From assembly GCF_033153115.1 (NCBI RefSeq), contig NW_026889761.1:8618001-8682000 (forward strand): DNA of 64,000 nt. The letters are read 5' to 3'. The translations under genes were made by a program, and so were the position numbers. The notes under the pieces were generated by a model. That model did not search any database. It worked only from the letters and a program-made list of their open reading frames with translations, and had not been told where the DNA came from. This stretch comes from Saccostrea echinata. Taxonomy: Eukaryota. Positions 1 to 11,976 of the stretch are shown in pieces (positions within the stretch are counted from its first letter, which is position 1; the number at the start of each line of letters is the position of its first letter).

Positions 1-223
1 AATTCTGGTTTGGTCTGCTGCATTTTTCTTCTCTCCCATTACACATGGATAGCAGTAAATGGAGAAATACATTGTGTATCATTTTTTATTTCTGTCTTAA
101 GCTTGTACATCAATTTTTTCTAATTTGCATTTAAATATGTGAACAGATATCATACTGTGAAATAAATTCACAGACTTGGTTACTGGATATGTAAAGCCTC
201 CTACATGAGTTTATATATTTCAG

Positions 224-3200
224 GACCATTATGTCAGAGTTTGGTAGAAATTTGTTCCAGATGTGCTACTGTCCTTCTTCTGAACAGGAAGCCAGAGACA
301 GCTCTACAATTTTTGTCTCTTTGTAAAATGGAATCGCAGAAAAATCCTGTGCATGAGGTTTGTTATGAATTTATACATTTATATGGATCTTCATCAAATT
401 ATGAGTTTAGTTTAATCTACCTGAAGGAAAACAAAGGATGTTATAAGGGTTTGTACTAATGGAGTTTGACAAGTCTATATAGAAACAAGTTCAAAATATT
501 ATTTAACTATTGGTGATAGGTACTACATGTATTCCTGTGAAATCAGACTTTGAGGCATACTGCCATACGTTATTACTTGTTAGGTTGGTTTCTGACTGTC
601 AACAGAAATATGACAGGTTGTTCAAGCCTTCTATGGACTTGTACAACCCGATATATTTCTGTGGACGGTCAGTAACAAACCAAATAAGTATTTTGCTTTG
701 TCAAGGACCAATAACTGTTAACAATCCTACCAAAAACGATTACAGGATTTTCTCATCTGTGCAACTTGTCATCTTGTTGTTTACTAATTACATCACTGAA
801 AAGGGCACTGCGCTAAATTTATTCGCACCATTGCCAAATCAGTATATCATGGTTTCTTTTAAAAGCAAACATTTTGCTAGCATGATTTTTTTCTGTAAAT
901 TTGGATGACATAACATCATTTATTCCTAATGTTGCTCTCCAAATTTTGCTAAGCGTCATCCTAAGAAATATTTAAGGAGGGCTTATGACGTCCATTATCC
1001 AATGACAAAGTGTCACTCTTAGCATGAGGCAAAAGAAAACATTTTGTATTGCATTCTACCATATGTCAAGGTAAAAATGTAAGCTACTTCATGCAAAAGT
1101 TTGTAGATCTAATGTAACAAAGATCTTAGGCACTCTTTACTCTCTAATGTTTTAGGAGGCCTTCCTGCCTGCACTGTTAATCCCCATAGAGGTGTCTTTG
1201 CTAGGAGGTGAGGCATGTTCCTCCGAGTCTGGGACATTTGAGACCTGGCACCTCCTGTCAGCACTGAGTCTCTATCCAGATGAGCCCTCAGCATGCAAGG
1301 AACATCTACAGAATATAACGCAGCAAGCCTGGCAGCCCTACACAAAACTTATGGAAGGTAAAATTTACTGTGTCATGAAAAATAAGGATCGATGCTTGAT
1401 TGATAAAGGTTTCAAATCAAATTAAAGAAAATAGAAAAATTCAAGGGAAAAAAGATAAACCAGAATAAAATTTTAGTATGAATTTATCTAATGATCTCAA
1501 TAAATATGGTAGGAGTGCTGTAAATCAAACAGTGTAAATGTCTTTTTAAAAAAGAATGTCAAAACCTCTACTACTGTATACAGGATTTTTATCACCCCCA
1601 TGTTTACTGTATACAGGATTTTTATCACCCCATGTTATTTTCCCTTATCTCACTTGCAAATGCAGTCTTCGACAAATCCCGGGAGTCTGAAGCCCAGGAC
1701 CTGGTAAAATTGGAAGGGGGCATGTGGAAATTGCATGCTTACAAGCCCGAAGGGCATGTAAATTCTGAGGCCTAAGCCTCCGTATTATCAAATTAAATAA
1801 TACCAATAACATAAAATGTACTTAAAAGTCTTATTTTTCATCTAAAGTTGAGCACCAAATAAAATTTTAACGATAGTTTATTCTACCATGATTTCCAAGG
1901 AACTCTTTTGCAAAGAAGTACACAAAAATAAAAATAAAATTACTTGATAAAATTCTGGGCATGTAAATATTTGTTCGGGCTAGCATAATAAGTGGTTAAA
2001 CCTGCCCGAAGGGCATGCACTGAAAAAAAGATTTGGCGAAGACTGCAAATGATCCAATCCTGTTTTAAACTCACCCAAACACAGTTCTTTCTAAAGATCT
2101 GTGTTTGAATTCTTCTCATTTTAAATTGCCCACATGTGACGAGGGCACATGCGACGAGGGCAAAAAAAGGCGAAAATTTCCCTTAACTGTAGATTCCTTA
2201 TTTTTACGCGAGCACTGTACTTTAATATATCACGAAATGACTCCCAGACATCAAATTGCAACTAGACAGTTTAAGAAGAGATTTTATGCATGTATAGACA
2301 TTTTTAGAAAAACAAAGCATGTATTTGTATTTTGCGAGTGGTGCATCTCACAAAATTATGCGATAAAAAATTTCACATGTACATGTATATTTAGGAATAT
2401 ACAGAATACAGTAGTTGGACTACTTTAACTGTTTTTCATTGTTTACGAATTCACAGAACTTTATAAGAGTTTTGAAATTTATTTATTTACAATGCTTGAA
2501 GCACAATGTCATAGTAACAAACTCTGATTTTCTGCAGCACAGTTGGAATATGATGCTGGACATTACCTGGAGGCCATGGTTCTTTTGTCTAAGACAGCTG
2601 GACTGCCATTTGAGATGACAAAGAGATTAATGGCTTTACACTGTAATCTGTTTGGACTGTGTCTGTCAAAACTGGTATGCAAACATGTATTTTAACAAAT
2701 TTTATGTTTATTTTATTTTACATGTGTACATTAATTAAGAAAGTTTAATTTGAATATTTTCATGATCATTTTCTCTTTTAAACTACCTAAAAATTATTTG
2801 GGAACCAATTCTACAATGGAAATATGCAAACTCACTAATACAGTGAAAAGAAAATATTTGAAATTTTACTCAGATTTGTTATCTGCTTGACAGCAAGGCC
2901 GTTTTCCATATCTGAAGATATTTGAAATAACTTTTTAATTTCATTGTCAAGATTCAGGGAAACTGTATAATGTTTCCAGTCATGTTTTACCTGCATAGTT
3001 TGTTTTCAGAAAAAGCCTCACAGTGCCATACAAAAGTTCAGGGAAGCATTAGACTCGGATTTCTCCTACCTGGTGCCCCTGTATAACATCTCCAGAGAGT
3101 ACAGACAGCTGGGTCTAGAGGAGGCAGAATTGGAGTCATTAAACTTGCTAGTCACGGTCGGTCTCATAAAAAGAAGTTAATTATTATCATGATTATAGTG

Positions 3201-6200
3201 AAAAATTGAAATGTTGACATGCTTTTCTTTTGGCCTTGCTCTAACTTGTTTAAAATGGTTAACACCCCACCCCCCACCCCCCCACACACAGCCCCACACC
3301 CTATTAAGATTTTGATAATTGTTTTTTAAAAAGGAGAAGAGTTTACCACAAAATACAGGTATTTGTGTAAATGCATGTTTGAAAACATTAATGCAAATCT
3401 AGCTTTAATTTGAAGTTGTAATTGTTATAGTAAATGATATGCTTAGAATATTTATTTATAGGCTTTGGAGAGTAAGGAGACAAAAAAGGAATCCCCAGAC
3501 AGCATCTTTTTCCAGAATGTCACGAAGAGTGATATAAACTTAATTCAATCCTTGTATTATCTTGCCAAGGCATGTGAAGTCCATAACAAGTAAGACAACT
3601 CTGCCAGTCCTGCATTAATACATCATAGATGGGATCAGCTTTCAGTTATAATACATTTTTCAGTATAAATTCTTACTTAAGTATAAATACAAGCTGTATT
3701 CAATTGAAAAAAAGAAAATAAAAGTTTGTTTAATATTTATGTCCCCCTTCAAAGGAGGGAGGGCATATTGCTTTGCTGCTGTCTGTCAGTCTGTTTGTCG
3801 GTCCACCAACAGTTTCCATTCATTTTCTTCACAGAGGTTGCACATACTGAAATGAAATTTAGTATACAGATTTATCATAAAAATCTAGGTCAAGTTCTGT
3901 TTTGGGTATGATCGAGCAATTTTTGATGTAGTTATGCCCCTTGGACTTGGAAAAATTCCAATTATTTGCAGTTTCCGTTCATTTTCTTCACGAGGTTTCA
4001 CATACTGAAATGAAATTTAGTATACAGATTTATCATAAAGATATCTAGGTCAAGTTCTGTTTTGGGTACGATCGAGCAATTTTTGACAGAGTTATGCCCC
4101 TTGGACTTGGAAAAATTCCAATTATTTGGGGGTTTGGGCATAAGTGTTTCACAAACATCTCTTGTTCACTTTCTTTCACATATAATTCTGAAATTTCATA
4201 CCTTGGGTAAACTTGATTTCTATAATTTTTGAAATTTTATTTCAGATATAACATTGCATCAGAGAAATACATTCATCTTATATCATTACTCAAAGGCAAT
4301 GTAGTCTTAAAGGTAAGCACTACCTTCAAGAAGAAAGTAATTGATTTAGAGTGAGCCACTTTGAGTTGAATTTTTTTACTTCACATACACTTCATACATT
4401 CTTTCTCTAAGAATTGTTTTCTTTAGATGACTTATTCTTTACATTTGTTACACAAGGACCTAAGCCAAAAAATCAGCAATTTAACACAAATAAAAAAATA
4501 TAGAATTAGTATATTATTTTTATTCCACTGTCCATAACTTAGGTTTGAAAGTTTCTGGGATTTAAGATTGATATTTTATTATGTTTACAATTTCTTAACT
4601 TGATCTTTCAGGTAAATGGCTGCGAGATCACCAGTGCTCCTTCAATATCTGAAATTTATAGGTGCACAGTATTTTCTTTACTGAAATCTAAAAAATACCA
4701 GCAGTGTGAAATCTTGTGTAAACATGTACTGTCATGCCAGCCTTCAAGTGTCCTTGACCTCTCAAACATACTGTCACAACAATCACAAGAACTCTCTCAT
4801 TCACAAATGACCTCCACACAACCTCAAGGTCGGTCAGGGACATTTGCCCTTGGGAACAACTTTTCACAGTCAGTCATAAGGGAAAATTCTGTTGAAGAGA
4901 AGGAGGCAGAAGGGTCCAAAGGTAAAAGGAAGAGGTTACCATCACAGGAGGCAGCTGACTTTGACCCCGAAGGTCAAACAGAGCTGGTCTTCGTTCACCT
5001 CTACAAAGCAGAAGCTCAGGTGTATCTCAACAAGATTGAGGAAGCCATTGAAAGTCTAGACACGTAAGTAATATACTTAATGGTTTTTCTTTTATTCAGT
5101 AAAATGATTACAGAGTATTTGAAATGTTATTGTTCCATTTATTTAAGGAATTTTGCCTTCATAAATATAAATGCTTACTGTTCCAGTAAGATTGAGGGAA
5201 TATGAGTATGTTTGTTGATAAATATTTCCTTACATTGAACAAGAATTTATATGATTTGAATAATCCACACTTTTACTTTCTTTGACAGTGTCCTAGAAGT
5301 AATCAGAAATTCCTGTTCATTTGGGACTCCATTGTCAGCCCAGTCATTATCACAAGAAACAAAAAGACAAAGGTTGAGTTCTGATGGTGCTGCCAAGCCA
5401 ACATCATCCACAAACACAGCCTCATTTTGGGAAGAAGTACGTCAGCAGGCATCTCTTGTTTATTGTTGCTTGGGAACCAACCTAGGTCGACAAAACAAGC
5501 TCACAGATGCCCTGCACTACCTCAGACTCAGTTTTCAACTTGATAAGGGTAAGATTTCACAGTTTTCTGTGACACACATATATAAGAATTTTATATGAGC
5601 ACAACTGTAGAAGCATTAATTTTTGTTCGCATGAAATCTCTGTTGACAGGTTATTTACGTAATATGTATGTTTTTTTATATGGATTATTTGGAGGAAAGT
5701 GTTTATGAAAAAAAAAAACTTCAAGAGTAAAAGCTATTGAAAATATTTTCCTCAATTTCAAGGTCATTTGACAAGTTTGTACAACTGCACAGCTGTGTTG
5801 TGGAGATTAGAGAGACAGGAGGAAGGGGCATTGTTGTGGTGTAAGGGGAGACAACTTGACACACAGACTGACAGTTTTCAGATGGCGGGTCTGATAAAAC
5901 GTAAAAAGGCAGCATTGCAGTGAGTCTGGGGATTGTTGTTTATTTGTGTATTTCTTCAATCCTGTTTTCATATATTTTATTCCTGAGTCATTGGGTTTGA
6001 TATTTAATGAAAAGATTGTGTCTCGAATGTAAATTTAACTAAATATGTTACATGTAAATAGTTTCTGTTATATTGGACCAAAGACAGATTGACCTTATCA
6101 TAGTATGAGAATACTTTGAAGTCTGTTGTGATGAATTCGTGATAAAGAATAAAGTAAAAAGACTAATATTACAACTATGAATGCAGAATACTGTTTAATT

Positions 6201-6502
6201 TTTGTAAAATTTTGTATTCTTGATTTTTTATTCAACCTCATTAATTATACTGTAAAATAGAAATTGGTGCACTTCTACAAGTGTCATGTTAAAAGTGAAT
6301 TTGACAAAAAAAATTCCAGTGTAAAGATTGATTAACACATGATTTCATGATTTTAAGAGATGCCATTTTTCTTTATGTCTAAAGGAATCCAGGGGGAAAT
6401 GACCTTCCCTTTGAAGTCAAGGACAAAGTCACAGACCAGGAAGCAGTACATCTTGACGTCCGATGTTTAGAGTTTCTTATTCGCTGGAGGCGTGACAGAT
6501 GA
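224..6502 (+). CDS. FANCG: Fanconi anemia group G protein homolog (TPR protein), 5' end outside window; spliced
   Basis: GT-AG exons: 224-357, an ambiguous exon ending at 667, 1156(or 1190)-1357, then phase-consistent 2538-2674, 3010-3156, 3462-3589, 4246-4312, 4612-5063, 5289-5548, 5763-5919, 6385-6502 (TGA). Translation includes PLYNISREYRQLGLEEAELESLNLLVTAL (human FANCG recalled as [29 protein letters not shown]), ASEKYIHLISLL (AAEHYLDLLALL) and LWRLERQEEGALLW (LKRLDRRDEATALW). AATAAA at 7071. Confidence 0.85.
1663..2045. mobile_element. Non-autonomous DNA transposon (MITE), 383 bp
   Basis: TIRs CAGTCTTCGACAAATC / GATTTGGCGAAGACTG (15/16); flanking direct repeat CAAATG at 1657-1662 and 2046-2051; internal repeats GCCCGAAGGGCATG. 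Confidence 0.8.
2186..2405. mobile_element. Small MITE nested in the right end of the outer element
   Basis: ACTGTAGATTCCT at 2186 is an imperfect inverted repeat of AGGAATATACAGA ending at 2405. Confidence 0.5.
3735..4166 (+). mobile_element. Non-autonomous Helentron-like (HINE/DINE-type) element with 2 copies of a ~159 bp repeat
   Basis: TTTATGTCCCCC start with subterminal hairpin, GTCT/GTCG microsatellite, repeat units starting at 3810 and 3969, end GGGCATAAGTGTTTCACAAACATCTCTTGTT. Confidence 0.75.
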
Positions 6503-9500
6503 CCTGTGGTCAGATGGCTGATGAACTTCATGCTCTGCTGATCTTATAACAATTTAGTATGTCAGCCTTGGCTTGGTACAGTGTATGTCTTTAGACAGAG
6601 TGACCAGTAGGTTTTTTGCATTGTAAAATACTGTTATCTTAACAGATAGACTGGTTTTATGCATATTTTATTATTATATTTTGTTGTTATAAAAATTGTT
6701 ATAATTTAGAAATACAAGAAAAAGTTGAATTTTTTTTATGATTCATCAGGAAGACTAAAATTTGAGGAGGTGTGTATTTAAAAACCAGAAGTAGTTTACA
6801 AAAACACTCATTTTGAATGGTGTAACTACGATGTTTTTATTTGTGTTAATTCTGTCCGGGTTTATGACACATTAATGAGAGGCTTTTGTAGAAGTGCTGG
6901 GAGTTTCCCCGGGGATCTGACGACTGACGGATAAGTAGTGATAGTTATAGGGGGATTATAGCAGACAGCGGTCATGGTTCATTAGTTTTATAGGTACACA
7001 CAGGTATCATCTACCTGATATAATAACCTAGGTAAACAGCTGAGCTGGAGTTTAATGATCAAACAAGTCTAATAAAATACTGCCTTTTCTCACTACACAG
7101 TACAATTAAAGTGTGAAATTAGATACCCTTACAAATCTCATTTGATAGGTCACTAAAGATTCCTATTTGCTTATATTTTATTAAAGTACTAGAAAGAATA
7201 TGTTATTTGTTTTGTATAAATTAGAGGTACACAGTACAACATTTAGGAATTTGTTCACAGCAAATGTTTAGAATAAATCTCAGCTGTTTGGGGTGATTAA
7301 TTTCCTTGAAAGGAAGGAAAAAAAGGAAGAATATTGAAGGATTATATAAAGTACAGCGGTTTAACTTCAGTTTTATCTATTGTGACTCGTGTTAAAGGGA
7401 GTGCCTCGTGATGACAACAGATTGTAAAAATAAACTTTGTGTCCCTCCCATATGTTTCCTGGGATTATCAGGGTAGGGTCCTAACGTTCATTTCCCTGTC
7501 GTATTTTTTATATTATGGACTATATTTGGTGTATATAATATGAACTTTTATTATTCTTTGGAAATCAGCTAGTTGTGTACAGAGACAGTTTCATACCGTT
7601 TTCTCTAAGTTGCACTAGAGATGATTAGATGTACATGATTTTATTGTTTTTGTAGCTTCAGTTTAAGGTGATCTATTACTACCTGTTTATCAGAAGTTAC
7701 TAAATTGTTTTTTGGCAGGGCTTGTCATCAGTGTGTGTGTATAAGTGTAACCGATAAAAACCATAAGTAATTCCTATTGGTGGTTTTTAAAATCACTTAT
7801 GACAATGGCTTTGGGTGTCAGTTAGTATATGATGGCCTTACTCATATAACGATGGTATATCATTTACAAGTAGTGTAACAGTGTTGGCCTTGGGAATCTT
7901 TTTATATACTGGTAATCCAAGTGCTGAAAAATAATTTCAGTTACATAAACTTTTTTATAAAATATCATGAGAAACAAAATTAGGTTTTCCACGAAGAAAC
8001 GGAAACATTTACAAAAAAAACATTGGACCATTATAATTCACACGGATAAAATTCTAGATCCACCCATTTTATCACGAGACAAAATTCCACAGGTGGTTTG
8101 GACATGCACAAAAGTAGATATAGCTTGTACTGCACTTGTCCTTAACACACTGCGACAGTTGACACATTATGACGGTATTTTACTAGAGTTCTAGGTCCTC
8201 TACACGATCAGCTGATTTTATCTGGTAGTGTTGAAGACCTGAGCTTTGTAAACAACTTATAGTAGATACTTGAGATAGGTCATATTGTTTCCTGCTTGTC
8301 TTCTTTCTAATCTCTATGCCAAGTCACATCTTGTTTAGAAGGGCGGGGACAGGACTTAGCAAACTGCATTTAAAGGCGGAAAGAGTACATTTAATATATC
8401 TAAACTGAAGGAGCGCATTTGCTTGAACGTTTCAAGGATACGTCGTAATGACAAATGTGTCAAGAATCATTTATCTTCGCTCCTTGTCAATAAAAATATA
8501 AACCACATAAAAATCGAATGTCGTCAGTTATAAATGGATCGGGGGGACTTTATGCGTATGAGTACATATTTTTTACACCGGACAAGACGTAGTAAATATC
8601 CATCACCATTATGTGACACAAGACAGCACGTTATGTTTAGATTTTTATTCCGAAATTATTTAAAACCCGAATGAAAATTAAATATTTAGGTCATTAACCT
8701 AGGTTAGTGAAAAAAATATTTCATATATTTTGTAAATGTAAGTTTCAGGCCCCGAGAATTCAGGTCTTAAGATTCTGTCTTCTACAGAGGTATGAATTAA
8801 GTAAGGTGAATCTCTTTCATCTACAGGGTATAAGGAGCGATTATCTTGTAAATCTTTACGAGCTAACAAAACGGACTTCTATCTCAGCCATGCATCTTCC
8901 CGGGCAACTTTTGAATTCCACACAATTAGCTAGTATCAAATTCCGGTCGCTTTTGCTCGTTGCATCCCCAATACACAGTTATTGCCACGCAGGTACGGAA
9001 CAATATTTTACTCGGTTTCTCAGTAAATTATCTTTAATGCACCCCTTTTCAGTTCTAGCTTTTTTACCACTGTCACCTTGCTGAAGAAACCAGTTCGAAG
9101 TTTATATTGAATATTGAGCAATAAAAGATGTTGATAAGGAAATTCCTTGTGGACTTGTACGTATTTTCCCTATATGGAAACAGTGATTCGGGCTTATATT
9201 CTGCATAAACATGGATTTCCACTTGGAGAGATAGGTTGGGGGATAGGGGGGGGTGAGAGATTTGGATGACAAAAACTTGAGCGAAATGGAGGAATAATGA
9301 TGTATACATAGAAAGAGAAAGGGAGATGGCTTGTAATTTAGTGATATATATGAGTTTTAAATGGATCAGAATGAATTACTTATATTGATTTATTTTGGAA
9401 CAAAAAAGATTTGTCCAAATTTAAGGTAGTAAACCTTTAAATCTACCATTGATAAATGTTTATATTTTAATGAGATCAGTTCTATGCAAAAATTCACACA

Positions 9501-10153
9501 AAGTTGCCCAAGCGTACAAAATTTATGAAGAAGTAAGGAATTCCAAGTAAATATATGTAAAACTTCACACATGACTGATGCGTGAATTTTGCTGAATGAA
9601 TTTTTGCGGATTGAAAACTTTCAAGTTAGAACAGTGGCTTAACTAGTAGATCAGCGAGGTAAATACAGAAGACATACCAATCCTTGTTTGACGAGCGTGT
9701 GACGCGTCCTAATAAATCGTTGTCATCGTTCATGGCCGTTTAATCGCTCTCGTCATCAATCAATAACGACAAAATCCAACTCTCACTGTGTCAACTAGCC
9801 AATCGGAGGAAAGATTTAGGGAGACAAGGGCCCCCGAATTAAACAGACCCCCCCCCCCAAATTTCCATGTCGTGGTCCAGGTACATGTATTGAGCACTAT
9901 TGATTCTGGTACATTTTTACCTAAGATATATACGCCTTTGTGCCTGTTTTTACTCATTGATATCGCTAAGCTAAAGCATCCGTATTCATTTTGTGCATCA
10001 ACAAAATATAATTGGCGATTGGAAATTTCAAGTCATGCTCCTCTTTTAACACCAACTGTCTTCTTATGCCATGTTGATTGATAAAATTGATAAAAATAAT
10101 CTGACCATTAACACTTACATTATAGCCATATTTTCACTGTGACATAACCCAGC

Positions 10154-10155
<2 letters not shown>

Positions 10156-10196
<41 letters not shown>
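10156..10196. repeat. (CT)n microsatellite
   Basis: About 20 perfect TC units. Confidence 0.95.
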
Positions 10197-10198
<2 letters not shown>

Positions 10199-10700
10199 CA
10201 ATCTGAGAGGGCTCTAGGCTAACTGTATGATTTGCGCTGTCATCTCTTTAGTCTATGAATTTTCACGTACCATCATTATTAATTAGAATATCATACACTG
10301 CACTCAAAGTCAAATATGTATAGTGTCATGTGGTAAGACTTAATGCTTCTTTGTGTACTTTTTTCACTTAAGATATTCTGTAAGTCAGGTTACAAACATA
10401 AAAAATTGTACCTGGAACCACAAACAGGTGTTAAAAATAAACGTAAGTCGTAATTATCTACTATCTCTTAATATTCAGTCACGCAGTGGTTCCATTAAAA
10501 GAAATCTTTTTTTCATGAAATCTCGAGTGCAGAAGGACCTACTGGAGAATAACACTCAGTTACCCCCCCCCCCCCCGTCTCTCTGTCTATCTCTCCAAGT
10601 ACACTTGCCTTAAAGACAACTGCACTAGGGTTCTTAGTTCTACATATTTGAAAATCAAACACTACATCTAGACAAAAGTTAAAACATTTTGCTGCTCTTT

Positions 10701-11486
10701 TGGGCGAACAAGGCGAACGCAATGCCTATATTGCAACAAACATGAAGGTGAAAAATTAAATCTCAATTATAACAAAATTTTCTTTGATATTTCATCTTAA
10801 ATTAAAGTATACTTTATGTAAAATCTCGGCAATTTGCAAAAATCTCACTAAGATTGAAATTATTTGCCTGTGAAATAGCATATACACATTAGAGAGGGCA
10901 AAACTACCATTTTCTCATACCAAAACACAATTTTTCTATATGAGCTAGTGGGTCTTCGCTCCATATTTTTTCAAAATTATCCTCAAAGTTTGTGAAAAAA
11001 TATACATTTTTTGGTCAACAAAAACATGGAGCAAAGACCCACTATACCGTAAAAATACACTTTTATGACACAACACTCGCATCTTTCCGAGAACTACTTG
11101 TCTAATTAGTCAAGGACCATATCACAAACATGATTTAACTGCCACAATTCATAAAGACCTAGTGGTAAGTGTGTTAGTCTCAAAGGAAACTCTTACTCAG
11201 GATTTTATTACTAGGGTTCGAAACCCAGAATACCACATTGATTTTTTTAATAACAAATTAATTTTTAATGAGAAAATTTTCAGCAGAAAAGTTTTGTTCA
11301 TCATAATTTCATAAATTTCAATAATGAGAACTTGACTCTAAATACTAAATTCACAAATTGATTATGATTTTTATATATCTGAAGCTATAGGCATTCTGCA
11401 CGCCTTGTTCGCCCATCTCCTTTATGATTTTTATATATCTGAAGCTATATAGGCATTCTGCACGCCTTGTTCGCCCATCTCCTTTA
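10701..11486. mobile_element. Non-autonomous TIR element (Kolobok-like right end) with tandemly duplicated right terminus
   Basis: TGGGCGAACAAGGCG..AATGCCTATA at 10701 is inverted to TATAGGCATT..CGCCTTGTTCGCCCA, which occurs twice (62 bp period, ~11362-11423 and ~11424-11486) and ends CTCCTTTA. Family assignment tentative. Confidence 0.6.
10946..11044. repeat. Short inverted repeat / mini-MITE inside the TIR element
   Basis: TAGTGGGTCTTCGCTCCAT pairs with ATGGAGCAAAGACCCACTA (18/19). Confidence 0.7.
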
Positions 11487-11504
11487 TATATGATATGTCT
11501 TCTA

Positions 11505-11889
11505 GTCATCTTACGAATGGCATAGTGTCTAGAGCGTCTGCTCTAGAGTCGCGGAGTAAGGAGTTGATCCTCACGTCGCGGGTTCGAATCCACTGCGGGA
11601 CGTGGAGACCGGTCCTTCGGATCAATCGAAACTTCTCGGGCCTTTCCGACAAGCGGAAAAACAACCACTGACGGAAAGACCCGAGATGATGCAATTGCCT
11701 TCGGATGAGACCGTATAAACCGAGGTCCCGTGTCGCAGAAGGTGCTGGCACGAAAAAGATCCCTCACTGCTCAATGGCCCTCAGTGCCGAGTATAGATAT
11801 AAATTTGCAGCCCTCCACCGGCAAGTGGTGGCGTCTCCATTTGAGTGAAAAATTCTCGAGGGCGTTAAACAAACAAAGAAACCAAAAAA
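11505..11889 (+). mobile_element. tRNA-derived SINE with Meta-type central domain
   Basis: A box TGGCATAGTG (11518), B box GGTTCGAATCC (11581), central TATAAACCGAGGTCCCGTGTC...GCACGAAAAAGATCCC resembling the Meta domain of bivalve SINEs, tail CGTTAAACAAACAAA. Confidence 0.8.
11623..11697. mobile_element. 75 bp hairpin insertion with 9 bp target-site duplication inside the SINE
   Basis: CCTTCGGAT at 11614-11622 and 11698-11706; arms CAATCGAAACTTCTCGGGCCTTTCCG / CGGAAAGACCCGAGATGATGCAATTG. Confidence 0.7.
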
Positions 11890-11918
11890 TCCGAATAGCA
11901 TTGAATGCATTTCAATTA

Positions 11919-11976
11919 CAGTTGAACTTCGGTATCTCGAACACTGATATCTCGAATACCATGGATATGTCGATGT
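11919..11976 (+). mobile_element. Left terminus of a Tc1/mariner(pogo)-type MITE, truncated
   Basis: TA|CAGTTGAACTTCGGTATCTCGAAC with TATCTCGA subterminal repeats, similar to the termini at 23028/24168; no matching right end found. Confidence 0.55.

Larger units (their letters stand above)
1572..2413. mobile_element. TACTGTA...TACAGTA-type MITE carrying two nested insertions
   Basis: Left end TACTGTATACAGG (first ~33 bp tandemly duplicated, 1572-1637); right end ...TTTCCCTT[insert]ATACAGTA at 2413. Lies in a FANCG intron. Confidence 0.55.

Noticed and set aside
584-616. Two in-frame TGA codons as possible selenocysteines in FANCG
   Set aside because: Alternative acceptors avoid them, no SECIS was recognised and FANCG is not a known selenoprotein.
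8370-10100. CpG-richer stretch with CCAAT boxes and ORFs 8707-9084 and 9788-10081
   Set aside because: No recognisable protein or exon chain; probably TE fragments whose boundaries I could not define.
11505-11600. Functional tRNA gene
   Set aside because: A and B boxes present but no clean cloverleaf, and it continues into a SINE body and tail.
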